From positions 133,304 to 197,303 of the forward strand of contig CANKII010000004.1 of assembly GCA_947482115.1 (NCBI GenBank): a stretch of DNA of 64,000 nucleotides. Reading direction: 5' to 3'. Within the stretch, counting starts at the first letter, position 1. Each line of letters begins with the position of its first letter. Origin of the DNA: Fibrobacterota bacterium (GTDB lineage: Bacteria > Fibrobacterota > Fibrobacteria > UBA11236). Of this stretch, positions 1 to 9,789 are shown in pieces. The notes under the pieces were generated by a model that saw nothing but the letters and a program-made list of their open reading frames with translations, had not been told where the DNA came from and ran no database searches. The translations under genes were made by a program, and so were the position numbers.

Positions 1-558
1 GTCGAGTCCAATCGTGGGTTCATCCAGAAACACGACGCGGGGATGATGCAACAAAGCCGCAATCAATTCCATCTTCATGCGTTCGCCCAAACTTAGACGG
101 CGGATTTGCGTGGTGAGCTTGTCACCCACCTGCAATGTCTCGGCCAATTCTTCCAGCGACCGTTTGTATTCGGCTTCGGGAATACGGTAAATTTCCCGCA
201 GCAACAGGAAACCATCGGCGGCGGGAAGATCCCACCACAGCTGGGCCTTCTGCCCCATGATCAAGGCGATTTGGCGGCGAAAGCCGTCGCGGCGTTCCCA
301 GGGAGTAGACCCGAGAACAGAAGCCGAACCCGCTGTCGGATTCAGAATTCCCGCCAGACATTTAACCAAGGTCGTTTTGCCCGCACCGTTGGCCCCTACG
401 AGTCCCACGATTTCACCCGCTTCCACGCGCAGGGAAACCGATTTCAGGGCGTGTACTTCATGCCATTGGCGTTGAAACAGGGATCGCACCGACCCCATCA
501 AACCGGGTTCTTTTTTGTGGACCCGGAACGTCTTGCTTAAGCCTGTAACTTCAATCAT
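1..558 (-). CDS. ABC transporter ATP-binding protein (C-terminus cut by window edge)
   Basis: Minus-strand translation from ATG at 558-556 gives MIEVTGLSKTF...GLVGANGAGKTT (Walker A)...LSLGERMKMELIAALL (ABC signature)...VVFLDEPTIGLD (Walker B). It is absent from the ORF track because there is no in-window stop. Confidence 0.8.
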   Translation of the reverse strand, partial: MIEVTGLSKTFRVHKKEPGLMGSVRSLFQRQWHEVHALKSVSLRVEAGEIVGLVGANGAGKTTLVKCLAGILNPTAGSASVLGSTPWERRDGFRRQIALIMGQKAQLWWDLPAADGFLLLREIYRIPEAEYKRSLEELAETLQVGDKLTTQIRRLSLGERMKMELIAALLHHPRVVFLDEPTIGLD

Positions 559-590
559 ACGGGGTTGGAAATAAGAAAATTTGCCGGACT

Positions 591-1142
591 ATGGAACCTT
601 CGAAGGGCTTATATTATGAACCAAGGCGGAGCCACATGCTATCCGAAGAGCATCAACACATGATGCTGGCATATTTGTCAGGACTGGGGAAAGGGCCGCG
701 CTTCCGATCCTTGGAGGATTTGTCCGCCCTGTCGTCACGCGAGTTGCTGATGCTGGCTCGCAGAGTGGATGATGCCGCATTGGGACTGTTCGTGCAACTT
801 CTCAAATGCGCCGGCAAGAACGAAAGCCTGTTTGCAAAATTAATGGGCGACCACGAAGAGGACAATCGTCCGTTAGTCGACGCCTTCTTCAACCGCTATC
901 TCAAGGCGGTGCTTTCCTCCTCAGAAGAACCGCAAAACTTTAACCCGCTGGAAGTGTATCTGCCGCCACACACCTTCGATGATCTGGTTTTCGTGCAAAG
1001 TCGCCAGCCGTTTTTTCTCCGGCAGCGCATCGACATCATCAACGAATATCTCGACGAAATCTTTGAAGGTGGACATGGTTTCGCCGTGGGAGAACAGGAC
1101 AAAGCCTGGGCTTATTTCTGGGACCGGGTGGTTTCGCGATGA
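591..1142 (+). CDS. hypothetical protein, translationally coupled to clpS
   Basis: 183-aa ORF with no recognisable family. Its stop overlaps the clpS start (ATGA, 1139-1142). Confidence 0.45.
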   Translation: MEPSKGLYYEPRRSHMLSEEHQHMMLAYLSGLGKGPRFRSLEDLSALSSRELLMLARRVDDAALGLFVQLLKCAGKNESLFAKLMGDHEEDNRPLVDAFFNRYLKAVLSSSEEPQNFNPLEVYLPPHTFDDLVFVQSRQPFFLRQRIDIINEYLDEIFEGGHGFAVGEQDKAWAYFWDRVVSR

Positions 1143-1480
1143 ACATGGATTTTCCATCCGAAGAAGAATCTCCAGAAGGCGAAAGTGGAACTGAAACAGG
1201 CACGCTGCCGAAAACCGCAATGCCTTACAAGGTGGTTCTGTTCAACGACGAGGAACACACCTACGATTATGTGGTTGAAATGTTGACGCAGGTTTGCAAA
1301 CTGTCGAAGGACAATGCGTTTCGCTGTGCGGTGGAAGTGGATTTAACCGGGCGCACCGTGGTTAAATACGGGACGCGTTCGCAATGTGAAGGAACCTGTT
1401 CAAAAATCCGCGCGTATGGACCCGATCATCGTTTGCCGCAAAGCATGGGATCGATGAACGCCGAGGTGCAGGCGCATTAA
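1139..1480 (+). CDS. clpS: ATP-dependent Clp protease adaptor ClpS
   Basis: The core YKVVLFNDEEHTYDYVVEMLTQVCKLSKDNAFRCAVEVDLTGRTVV matches the ClpS fold signature (YKVxLxNDD..T..FV). It has an acidic N-terminal tail and is 113 aa. Confidence 0.75.
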   Translation: MNMDFPSEEESPEGESGTETGTLPKTAMPYKVVLFNDEEHTYDYVVEMLTQVCKLSKDNAFRCAVEVDLTGRTVVKYGTRSQCEGTCSKIRAYGPDHRLPQSMGSMNAEVQAH

Positions 1481-1525
1481 CGCTGACCGGTAGGGGCGGG
1501 ATAACCCCGCCCCTACCGGTCAGCG
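1481..1525. repeat. REP-like palindrome copy 1 (20-bp perfect stem, GTAGGGGCGGG core); likely bidirectional terminator between convergent clpS and folE2
   Basis: cgctgaccggtaggggcggg / ataac / cccgcccctaccggtcagcg sits immediately after the clpS stop and 10 bp before the folE2 stop. Confidence 0.6.
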
Positions 1526-1535
1526 CCCACCGTCA

Positions 1536-2396
1536 TTATGTAATCGATTTATCCTTTTCAATCATCGCATAGGCCGAATGATTGTGAATGGATTCGAAAT
1601 TCTCGGACTCCACGATGTAATGGCTGATGCGTTCATCCTTGTTCAACAAATGCGCCGCATCACGCACCAAATCCTCCACGAATTTGGGATTGTCGTAGGC
1701 ACGCTCGGTGACGTATTTCTCATCCGGCCGCTTGAGCAAACCGTACAATTCACACGACGCCACCGACTCGGCCAAATCGATCAAGTCCTCAATCCACACG
1801 AAATGCGGACCACGCGCCAGACGCGCTGTGAGGGTAATGTGCGAACGCTGATTATGCGCACCGTAATCCGAGATCTCCTTGGAGCAAGGGCACAATGAGG
1901 TGACGGGAACCACCACTTTCAATGTCATGTCCGTGCCAGTTTTTCCGCTTTCACCGATGAAGGTGACGTCGTAATCCATCAGGCTTTGCACTTGGGAGGT
2001 CGGAGCCTTCTTGTTCACGAAATAAGGAAAGCGCATGTCGATGATGCCATGCTCGCTGTTGAGTCTCTTCAACATTTCGGGAAGCATGTCCTGAAAAGAT
2101 TCGACAGTGATTTCCTTTTCCCGCGCATTGAGAATTTCCACGAAGCGGCTCATATGGGTGCCCTTGAACTTGTGGGGCAAACACACCGTCATGTCAAAAG
2201 TCGCGATGGTGTGTTGTTCACCGCCGCTGCGATCCTTGACCCGCATGGGATGACGGATGCCCTTGATGCCCACCTTGTCTATGTCGATGCGGCGGGTGTC
2301 TTCAAAACCCTGCACGTCGGCAATGGAAACGAGAGGTTTGGGGTCTGCGGGTTTGCTGGGCTTGACCATACGGGATTCCTTGCGATGCGGGGACAT
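1536..2396 (-). CDS. folE2: GTP cyclohydrolase FolE2/MptA family
   Basis: 286 aa with the ...[29 protein letters not shown]... motif typical of type 2 GTP cyclohydrolase I. Confidence 0.75.
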   Translation of the reverse strand: MSPHRKESRMVKPSKPADPKPLVSIADVQGFEDTRRIDIDKVGIKGIRHPMRVKDRSGGEQHTIATFDMTVCLPHKFKGTHMSRFVEILNAREKEITVESFQDMLPEMLKRLNSEHGIIDMRFPYFVNKKAPTSQVQSLMDYDVTFIGESGKTGTDMTLKVVVPVTSLCPCSKEISDYGAHNQRSHITLTARLARGPHFVWIEDLIDLAESVASCELYGLLKRPDEKYVTERAYDNPKFVEDLVRDAAHLLNKDERISHYIVESENFESIHNHSAYAMIEKDKSIT

Positions 2397-2464
2397 TGAA
2401 AGTGTCCTTCAGGGAGATACAAGGTAGCGAGACGGGGCCGTGTTGCCCAGTTCAGGCGTAAAGT

Positions 2465-3955
2465 CTAAAAATGGCGCGAAAAACCGGGGATCTTCCAGCG
2501 CATTTCGACATCACCATAGGACATGGCGGGTTCGAGTACAGGGAGGGGATTAAACGTCCACGGCGAAGGTGTGGAGGTGTTATGGATATCAGCGTGTCCC
2601 TTGTCTCCCGCCATTTCCGATGTCAGCAGATAAACCGTCCAGTATCCCAGCCAGGCACCGCCAATCAGGGATGTGGACCATGAAACCTTGGTGCCGTCGT
2701 TCAAAAGCAATTCGATTCCCGTTCCCATCATGGCTCCGCCCAAACCACCAAGCAGCGCGTAACGTGCCCGTTCAAAACTGTCATCACTGGTTTCGAAGAA
2801 GAACACACCTTCGGTGAAACCCAAAGAGGAACCGATGATGGTGGCTCCGATCCACGGACGCAAAGCAGAGGCATCCGCCAGCGCGGCAATCTCGATTCCG
2901 GCAAGACCACCCAATAGCGCATGGGTGAATATTCCGGGAGCCACGCCCGAAGGAGCCGATGAAAGCGGACGATAGTGATCCGCCACCACGTGGCCCACCG
3001 CTGCCATGCCAACGCTCTGAGCCAAAGCAATCCGGAGAACGGTTTCGGAATGTTCCGACGGGTGTTCGTAGTATAAGGTCGGAATCACAAAACCAAGAAA
3101 TCCGTAACCGAGCGCGAAATACAATTTGACGTCGAGTTGGTCGGGGTTGGAACGATATTCATCGCCAAGATGGTATCCGTACCAGACTCCCAACGGATAA
3201 GCCGCCGCTCCCACAAGGGAGGCTATCTGATAACCGTCTGAAGGATGACTGGAGAAAGCCAGAGGCAATGCCGTGGCGGCATACACCGCAAGGGAAGGTA
3301 TGTAAGTGGTTCCCTTGAGATGAGACTCGGCAAATTCAAGATCTTTGGAAATCCACAAATGCGTTCCAAAGGCAACGGGTGCAGTCAGTAAGGGTGAAGC
3401 GATGAGCACGCGCGGATTGTCGACTCCAAACGCAAGGGGAAGCGCCAGACCATAGACATAGGTGGAAAGCGCCGTCTGATATCCCACATACATCAAACGG
3501 TTTTGATCCGAATGGGGATCGCGGGAATGACGCTCCCTCGATGCACGCGGCGCTGGCGTTTCTTTCGCGACAGGCGCGTCATCGCTGGAAGAGGCCTCGC
3601 GATGACGACGAACAGATGGGGACGGGGAAACGGAACGCGGGGGTTCGGCGGGGGGAGCGGAAAGTGAACTGGCATCCGCCACCATCACCGGCAGACCTTC
3701 AACCGAAGCCGCCTCCAGCACACGCTGCATGGTGCTGGAATTCAACTCCGCCCATGTGCTGCGTTTCTTGCCATCATCGCGATCCACCAATTCGGCCCCG
3801 AGACGGGTGGCGGAAAATCGCGTCAGGGACTCGATGGAATCGGATGACGACAGGGGCATCACTCCGCGCAAAACCTCGCGCACTCCCTCGCCAGCCCATG
3901 CTGCGGAAAGGCACAGGATAAAAGCCGGAAGAATCCCCAATCGCATTGCGGACAT
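2465..3955 (-). CDS. hypothetical secreted/membrane protein with Ser/Pro-rich N-terminal region
   Basis: Signal peptide MSAMRLGILPAFILCLSAAWAGEG, a low-complexity S/P-rich segment, a Gly/aromatic-rich C-terminal half and a terminal F (possible beta-barrel). The start codon overlaps the PPIase stop (TGATG). Confidence 0.5.
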   Translation of the reverse strand: MSAMRLGILPAFILCLSAAWAGEGVREVLRGVMPLSSSDSIESLTRFSATRLGAELVDRDDGKKRSTWAELNSSTMQRVLEAASVEGLPVMVADASSLSAPPAEPPRSVSPSPSVRRHREASSSDDAPVAKETPAPRASRERHSRDPHSDQNRLMYVGYQTALSTYVYGLALPLAFGVDNPRVLIASPLLTAPVAFGTHLWISKDLEFAESHLKGTTYIPSLAVYAATALPLAFSSHPSDGYQIASLVGAAAYPLGVWYGYHLGDEYRSNPDQLDVKLYFALGYGFLGFVIPTLYYEHPSEHSETVLRIALAQSVGMAAVGHVVADHYRPLSSAPSGVAPGIFTHALLGGLAGIEIAALADASALRPWIGATIIGSSLGFTEGVFFFETSDDSFERARYALLGGLGGAMMGTGIELLLNDGTKVSWSTSLIGGAWLGYWTVYLLTSEMAGDKGHADIHNTSTPSPWTFNPLPVLEPAMSYGDVEMRWKIPGFSRHF

Positions 3956-4965
3956 CAGAAGTCGAGCAACTCCACGTCAAAAACGAGAGTGGCGTTGGGA
4001 GGAATGGCCGGAGGCGCGCCATTCGCGCCATATCCCAGATTGGACGGAATGATGATGGTGCGACGTTCGCCCTTGCGCATGTCCATCAATGCTTCGTCCC
4101 ATCCCGCAATCACCTGATGCGTACCGACGGCAAATTCAAAGGGCTGGTTGCGATCGCGCGAACTGTCGAACTTGGTTCCGTCCGTGAGGGTTCCCGTATA
4201 ATGAACTTTGACTTTGGTTCCGGCAGCCGGCTTGGGACCGTTGCCCGGTTGAATCACGATGTACTTGAGTCCCGATGCAGTCGTCGTGGCTTTTTTCTCA
4301 AGCGCTTTGAATCCAGCTTCCGACTTCTTTTGTTTCTCATCGGCCTTCTCTTCGCCGTGTTTAATCAAAGCCTGAAAGGCAACTTCCGTGGCTTTGAATG
4401 CCTTGGCTTTGGCTCCGATGCGCGTGATGCGCACGCTGTCCATCTTGTCGCCAATTGCGATGGTCTTGACCACATCCATACCGGAGGTCACCGAACCAAA
4501 AACGCTGTAATGACCGTCAAGGAAAGCCGCCGGGGCGAGCGTGATATAGAACTGGCAACCATTGGTATTGGGACCGGCATTCGCCATCGCCAACACGCCT
4601 TCTTTATCATGCTTCAAAGTCGGAACAATTTCATTGGCGAATTGGTAACCGGGGCCACCGCTGCCATTCCCCGCCGGATCGCCGCCCTGAATCACGAAGT
4701 TGGGTTCGACGCGGTGGAAGGTCAGACCGTCATAAAACTTTTTGGACTCGGCACGGGTATGCGTCTTGGTGCCTTCGGCCAAACCGACGAAGTTCGTGAC
4801 GGTCAGAGGGGTTTTTTCAAACTCCAGCTTGAGAACGATCTTGCCTTTGGTCGTGTAAACATTGGCGTACAACCCGGGAGCCAAAGGGGCGTCTTTTGCA
4901 AAGGCCGCCAGGGGAATCGCAAGGCAAACAAGAGCCAGCGTGTGAATTTTGTGAAATGATTTCAT
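3955..4965 (-). CDS. secreted dual-domain peptidyl-prolyl cis-trans isomerase (N-terminal cyclophilin fused to C-terminal FKBP)
   Basis: Signal peptide, then cyclophilin motifs (FHRVEPNFVIQGGDP...GCQFYITL), then an FKBP domain (KVKVHYTGTLTDGTKFDSSRDRNQPFEFAVGTHQVIAGWDEAL...LVFDVELLDF). Confidence 0.8.
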   Translation of the reverse strand: MKSFHKIHTLALVCLAIPLAAFAKDAPLAPGLYANVYTTKGKIVLKLEFEKTPLTVTNFVGLAEGTKTHTRAESKKFYDGLTFHRVEPNFVIQGGDPAGNGSGGPGYQFANEIVPTLKHDKEGVLAMANAGPNTNGCQFYITLAPAAFLDGHYSVFGSVTSGMDVVKTIAIGDKMDSVRITRIGAKAKAFKATEVAFQALIKHGEEKADEKQKKSEAGFKALEKKATTTASGLKYIVIQPGNGPKPAAGTKVKVHYTGTLTDGTKFDSSRDRNQPFEFAVGTHQVIAGWDEALMDMRKGERRTIIIPSNLGYGANGAPPAIPPNATLVFDVELLDF

Positions 4966-4988
4966 ATAACCTCCGTGTTCGGTAAAAT

Positions 4989-6479
4989 TTACTCGGGTTT
5001 CATCAATGGGAACAGCAATACATCCTTGATATTCGGGCTGTCGGTGAGCAGCATGACCATGCGGTCGATGCCGATGCCCACGCCACCGGTGGGTGGCATG
5101 CCGTATTCCAACGCCCGCAGAAAGTCTTCATCCAGCGGATGGGTTTCATCCTCACCGCCACGACCGCGTTCGACTTGATCTTCCAACAGTTTGCGCTGCG
5201 CCAGCGGATCATTCAACTCGGAATAGGCGTTGCCCACTTCCCAGCCATTGATATACGGCTCGAACTGTTCCACCAAGGTCGGATCGTTGCGATGCGCCTT
5301 GCACAACGGCGTGCTTTCCTTGGGAAAGTCGATGATGAAAATCGGACCTTCGAGTTGATGCTCGCAATGGGCCTCGAACAATGCCTTGATCGCAAGACCG
5401 CGCAGATAAGCACCCTTGAGTTCGATTTGGCCTTTGTTCAATTCCGCCTGCAAGGCTTCGTCGCTTAGGGTATCCACGTCGAGACCGGCGAACTTTTTAA
5501 TGGCTTCCTTCATGGTCATGCGCGGCCACGGAGGTGTGAGGTCGAAGGTTTTTTCCTGAAAGGTGAATTGCATGGAGCCATTCGCGGCAACGCAGGCGGC
5601 GGCGTAAATGGTCTCAAAATGCTTCATCATGTCGTTGTAATCGGCATAGGCCTGATAGAACTCAAGCAAAGTGAATTCGGGATTGTGCGTGCGGTCAATG
5701 CCTTCGTTCCGAAAGTCTTTTGCGAACTCGAACACCTTGGGGAAGCCCCCGACGATGCAACGCTTGAGATACAGCTCATTCGACACGCGCAAATAAAGCG
5801 GAATATCCAGCGCATTGTGATGCGTGGAAAATGGCCGCGCATTCGCTCCGCCGTAAATGGATTGCAACACCGGTGTTTCGACTTCGAGATATTGCTGACC
5901 CAGCAGGTATTCACGCAGGGATTGAATGATGCGCGAACGCTTGAGAAAAACTTCGCGCACGGAATCGTTCAAGGTCAAATCGACATAACGCTGGCGATAG
6001 CGGGTTTCGACATCTTTGAATTCATCGAAAATAACCTTCACGCCGTTCTCGATCTTTTCCTTGGGAATCGGCAATGGCCGCACAGCCTTGGAAAGCAATT
6101 CCACTTTGGCAGCGCGCACGCTGTACTCACCGGTTTTGGTGATGAACATCGTTCCATGTACGCCGATCCAGTCGCCGATGTCGAACATCTTCACCAGTTC
6201 AAAACCGGCCTCACCCACGGCATCCTGACCAAACATGACCTGCAAACGGCCCGCACCATCCTTGAGATGCAGGAAGGCGATTTTGCCTTTGAGATTGTAG
6301 CGGACAATGCGACCCGCGAAGGCGACGGCTTCACTGGATTCCAGCAAGGCATCGCGATCTTTCGTCAATGCGGCAGAATCGTGTGTGAGTGGAAAATGAT
6401 AGGGATAGGGATTGATCCCCATCTCGCGCAGGCGGTTTAGTTTTTCGAGCCGCGCCTCGACTTGATCGTTGGTTTCCAT
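4989..6479 (-). CDS. lysS: lysine--tRNA ligase (class II)
   Basis: 496 aa, METNDQVEARLEKLNRLREMGINPYPYHF... with class II motifs. It lies downstream of prfB as in the E. coli prfB-lysS operon. Confidence 0.9.
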   Translation of the reverse strand: METNDQVEARLEKLNRLREMGINPYPYHFPLTHDSAALTKDRDALLESSEAVAFAGRIVRYNLKGKIAFLHLKDGAGRLQVMFGQDAVGEAGFELVKMFDIGDWIGVHGTMFITKTGEYSVRAAKVELLSKAVRPLPIPKEKIENGVKVIFDEFKDVETRYRQRYVDLTLNDSVREVFLKRSRIIQSLREYLLGQQYLEVETPVLQSIYGGANARPFSTHHNALDIPLYLRVSNELYLKRCIVGGFPKVFEFAKDFRNEGIDRTHNPEFTLLEFYQAYADYNDMMKHFETIYAAACVAANGSMQFTFQEKTFDLTPPWPRMTMKEAIKKFAGLDVDTLSDEALQAELNKGQIELKGAYLRGLAIKALFEAHCEHQLEGPIFIIDFPKESTPLCKAHRNDPTLVEQFEPYINGWEVGNAYSELNDPLAQRKLLEDQVERGRGGEDETHPLDEDFLRALEYGMPPTGGVGIGIDRMVMLLTDSPNIKDVLLFPLMKPE

Positions 6480-6507
6480 AATGAATGGCAGAAATTAGAA
6501 AGACGTT

Positions 6508-6548
6508 GGCCATGTAGGGGCAACCCGGCGGGTTGCCCCTACATGGCC
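6508..6548. repeat. REP-like palindrome copy 2 (19-bp stem, GTAGGGGCAACCC core) between the prfB stop and lysS start
   Basis: ggccatgtaggggcaaccc / ggc / gggttgcccctacatggcc. Confidence 0.6.
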
Positions 6549-6549
6549 G

Positions 6550-7645
6550 TTATGACGCAGCCCGTTCCGCATCCAATGCCAGCAAATAGGCATTCACAAA
6601 ACCGTCGATGTCGCCGTCCAGCACAGCCCCGGAATCCGAGGTTTCATAATCCGTCCGCGCATCCTTGACCAGCTGATACGGTTGCAGCACATAAGAACGG
6701 ATTTGACTGCCCCATTCGATTTTGAGCTTGCTGGCCTGCTTGGCTTTTTGCTTCGCTTCCTCATCGTCCTTCATCTTCTGATACACCCGCGCCTTCAGCA
6801 ACTTGAGCGCGCTGGCGCGGTTCTTGTGCTGGCTGCGCTCGCTTTGGCAGGATACCACGATACCGGTGGGAAGGTGAGTCATGCGCACGGCGGAATCGGT
6901 TTTGTTGATGTGCTGACCGCCCGCGCCTCCGGCGCGAAAGGTGTCCACCTTGATGTCGTCGTCCTTGAGTTCGAGTTCAATGTCGTCGACGATGGGATAC
7001 ACATTCACAGCGGTGAAGGATGTGTGTCTCCGCGCATTGGCGTCATAGGGTGAAATACGCACAAGGCGATGCACACCGTTTTCGGATTTCAAATATCCGT
7101 AGGCGTAATCGCCGGAAACTTCCAGCGTGGCGCTTTTGATGCCGGCTTCTTCGCCCGGTTGTTCGTCCAACACTTCGAATTTGAATCCGCGTTTGGTGAA
7201 CCAGTTCATGTACATGCGCAACAGCATGCGCGCCCAGTCCTGGCTTTCCGTTCCACCCGCGCCGGGATGAATGGAAATGATGGCGGATCGCGCATCATCC
7301 TCTCCGCCCAGCATTTTTTTCAATTCGAGATCGGAAATACCCTTTGCGAGTATCGCCGCGGAGCTTTCAATTTCCTTGAGAACCTCGGTGTCTTTTTCTT
7401 CGGAAGCAAGCTCGGCGAAGTCGGATAATTCCTCGGCCTCGTGATCGAGAGTTTGCCAACCCTCAATCCAGTCCTTCAGCGACTTGATTTGTCTTTGAAC
7501 CTTTTGCGCCTTGACGGCGTCGTTCCAAAACTCGGGTGTGGCCGAGTTGCGTTCAAGGATCGCTAGTTCTTCCTGTTTGCCCGGGATGTCAAAGATACCC
7601 CCGTAGTTTGAGGACTCGATCCTTCAGTGTATTGATGTCTTCCAT
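6550..7645 (-). CDS. prfB: peptide chain release factor 2, with programmed +1 ribosomal frameshift
   Basis: The ORF track shows only the C-terminal 257 aa, which carry the GGQ motif (RAGGAGGQHINKTDSAVR). On the minus strand MEDINTLKDRVLKLRGYL is followed by CTT TGA C (plus-strand GTCAAAG at 7588-7594), preceded by the SD-like AGGGGG. A +1 shift continues ...DIPGKQEELAILE... into the listed ORF. Confidence 0.85.
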
Positions 7646-7729
7646 GATATTCTCTTTTCGTTTGATTCAAAATTTACATGCGCGAGACAATTTAAGGGCG
7701 AGCGTTAATCAAATTCAATTTGATCAGCT

Positions 7730-7879
7730 TTAATCTTCATATCCCTTTTCCGTATGTTTCAATCGAGGCAAAGTGTATTCTTGCCAAAGAATATCATTGA
7801 TACTTGTTAAAGCCTTTAGGCACTTATAAAGCAGAAAGATTACGATGACAGCGCAAGCTACGATAATCCATACGAGCAT
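7730..7879 (-). CDS. small hydrophobic ORF (49 aa, one predicted TM helix) with strong SD, just upstream of prfB
   Basis: GTGGAGGATAT-ATG, then MLVWIIVACAVIVIFLLYKCLKALTSINDILWQEYTLPRLKHTEKGYED. It is below the 60-aa threshold of the ORF track and lies in the AT-rich island. Confidence 0.3.
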   Translation of the reverse strand: MLVWIIVACAVIVIFLLYKCLKALTSINDILWQEYTLPRLKHTEKGYED

Positions 7880-8359
7880 ATATCCTCCACTATAAAAATT
7901 TCATGGGTTGAATGAAAGAAGAGAAGGGCGCCCCAAAAATCAACTCGAAGCGCGCGCTACGAATCATTTCTGGTTTCCCTCTCGCTCTTTGAGCGAGATT
8001 TATCCCTCTCGAAACAAGCACTAAGTCCAAATACTTTTGCTTAAGGTTCTTCCTTAAAGAAAAGTATGGCGGTACAAAGCCTGCCGCGTAACCTAGTGTT
8101 CCAAAAGCTTCAGCGATTGTGAAACTGGATTGAGCTATTGCAATAGCTGTCCGTTCCAGTCGCCCAAGCCTTCGAGTGCTGCGATATTTCTATCCAAACA
8201 CTGCGTTCTCAAGAGAGCGCCCCAACCAAAAATTTGGCCATAATGACCTCCTTTTTTGTGGTTGATTCTCTTATGGATAAAAAATAACAACGGATCAACC
8301 AGATCACGAAATATTGCATTTAGCTGAACTCCCACCTTTGTGGGAATAATGAGAAACCT

Positions 8360-9139
8360 CTAAACAGGAGCCTTCCGCACCAAAATCCCTGACTTCGTCA
8401 TCTCTTCCTTAATTCCCTGTATCGAATAAGTCCCGAAATGCACCATGCTGGCCACAAGCGCAGCGTCGGCTTTGCCCTGACGCAGCACATCCACCAGATG
8501 CTCCGGCTTCCCCGCTCCGCCCGATGCGATCACTGGAATGCCAACGGCTTCAGAGATTTTCCGCGTCAGCTCCAATTCATAACCCGCCTGTGTCCCATCC
8601 GCATCGATGCTGTTCACACAAATCTCACCGGCACCAAGGCTCTCCGCTTTCCGCGCCCATTCCACCGCATCCAGACTCACCGGCGTGCGACCGCCTTGAA
8701 TCACCACTTCGTATCCCGAAGCGTAGACCGGATTGGAACTTTTGCGTGCATCCATGCCCAGCACAATGCATTGATTCCCGAAAGCACGTGCGCCCGCACG
8801 GATGATCTCCGGAGTTTTCACCGCCAGCGAATTCACGCTCACCTTTTCCGCACCCGCCAGCAGCACCACACGCATGTCTTCCAAATTGCGAATGCCACCA
8901 CCCACGCTGAAGGGAATGAACACATGCTTCGCCACATCGCGCACCATTTCGATGTCGATGGGCCGGTTCTCCGCCGAAGCCGTAATGTCATAAAACACCA
9001 GTTCATCCACACCATCCCGATAATACTGGCTCGCCATTTCCACCGGATCGCCGAGATCGACATTGCCTTCGAACTTGACGCCCTTGGTCACTTTGCGATT
9101 GCGGACGTCAAGACAAACGATGAGACGTTTGGTCAGCAT
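8360..9139 (-). CDS. hisF: imidazole glycerol phosphate synthase cyclase subunit
   Basis: [25 protein letters not shown]... matches the HisF N-terminus. The listed ORF carries a spurious 48-aa N-terminal extension, and the true ATG at 9139 abuts the hisH stop. Confidence 0.9.
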   Translation of the reverse strand: MLTKRLIVCLDVRNRKVTKGVKFEGNVDLGDPVEMASQYYRDGVDELVFYDITASAENRPIDIEMVRDVAKHVFIPFSVGGGIRNLEDMRVVLLAGAEKVSVNSLAVKTPEIIRAGARAFGNQCIVLGMDARKSSNPVYASGYEVVIQGGRTPVSLDAVEWARKAESLGAGEICVNSIDADGTQAGYELELTRKISEAVGIPVIASGGAGKPEHLVDVLRQGKADAALVASMVHFGTYSIQGIKEEMTKSGILVRKAPV

Positions 9140-9140
9140 A

Positions 9141-9761
9141 TCAAATCTTCCCGTCCCAGGCGCAAAAGTTTTTGAGCAACTGCAAACCAAACGGTCCGCT
9201 TTTCTCGGCGTGAAATTGACAGGCCACGATATTGTCGCGCGCCAACAGCGAAGGAAATTGAATTCCGCCATATTCCGTTTCACCGAGTACTACCGAAGAA
9301 TCAAGCGGAGACGGATAAAAACTGTGGACGAAATAAAACTCCGCACCATCCTGAATGCCGTTGATGACAGGATGTTTTCGTGTGAAGTTCACCTGATTCC
9401 ATCCCATGTGGGGAACCTTGAGTCCGGGAATGGTGGGAAAACGTTTTACACTGCCGCCCAACAAGCCGAGGCAAGAGATACCACCATCTTCTTCACTGGA
9501 ATCGAGAATCACCTGACAGCCAATGCAAATGCCGAGAAAGGGTTTGCCGGAAGCGACGAAGCCTCGCACCGCCGCATCCAGACCACGGGCCTGTAATTCT
9601 TCCATTGCTGCACCCGCCGCGCCAACGCCGGGAAAGATCACGCGATCGGCTTTTGCCAACGCATCCGGGTCGGAGGTGATGATCGCGTCGATCCCGACCT
9701 CACGCAAGGCCCATTGCACCGAGGTGAGATTACCGGCTTTATAATCAATAATGGCGATCAT
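9141..9761 (-). CDS. hisH: imidazole glycerol phosphate synthase glutamine amidotransferase subunit
   Basis: [19 protein letters not shown]..., class I glutamine amidotransferase with the GICIGCQ active-site region. Confidence 0.9.
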   Translation of the reverse strand: MIAIIDYKAGNLTSVQWALREVGIDAIITSDPDALAKADRVIFPGVGAAGAAMEELQARGLDAAVRGFVASGKPFLGICIGCQVILDSSEEDGGISCLGLLGGSVKRFPTIPGLKVPHMGWNQVNFTRKHPVINGIQDGAEFYFVHSFYPSPLDSSVVLGETEYGGIQFPSLLARDNIVACQFHAEKSGPFGLQLLKNFCAWDGKI

Positions 9762-9789
9762 GATATTCTTCGCTGGCTTTTCCCCGTTG

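Noticed and set aside
3946-4959. 337-aa plus-strand ORF
   Set aside because: It is fully antisense to the well-supported cyclophilin-FKBP gene. It is Arg/Gly-rich, a typical shadow of a high-GC gene.
5568-6440. 290-aa plus-strand ORF
   Set aside because: Antisense shadow of lysS.
8438-9175. 245-aa plus-strand ORF
   Set aside because: Antisense shadow of hisF.
9140-9283. N-terminal 48-aa extension of the listed hisF ORF
   Set aside because: It overlaps the hisH 3' end. The conserved HisF N-terminus begins at [12 protein letters not shown] (ATG 9139).
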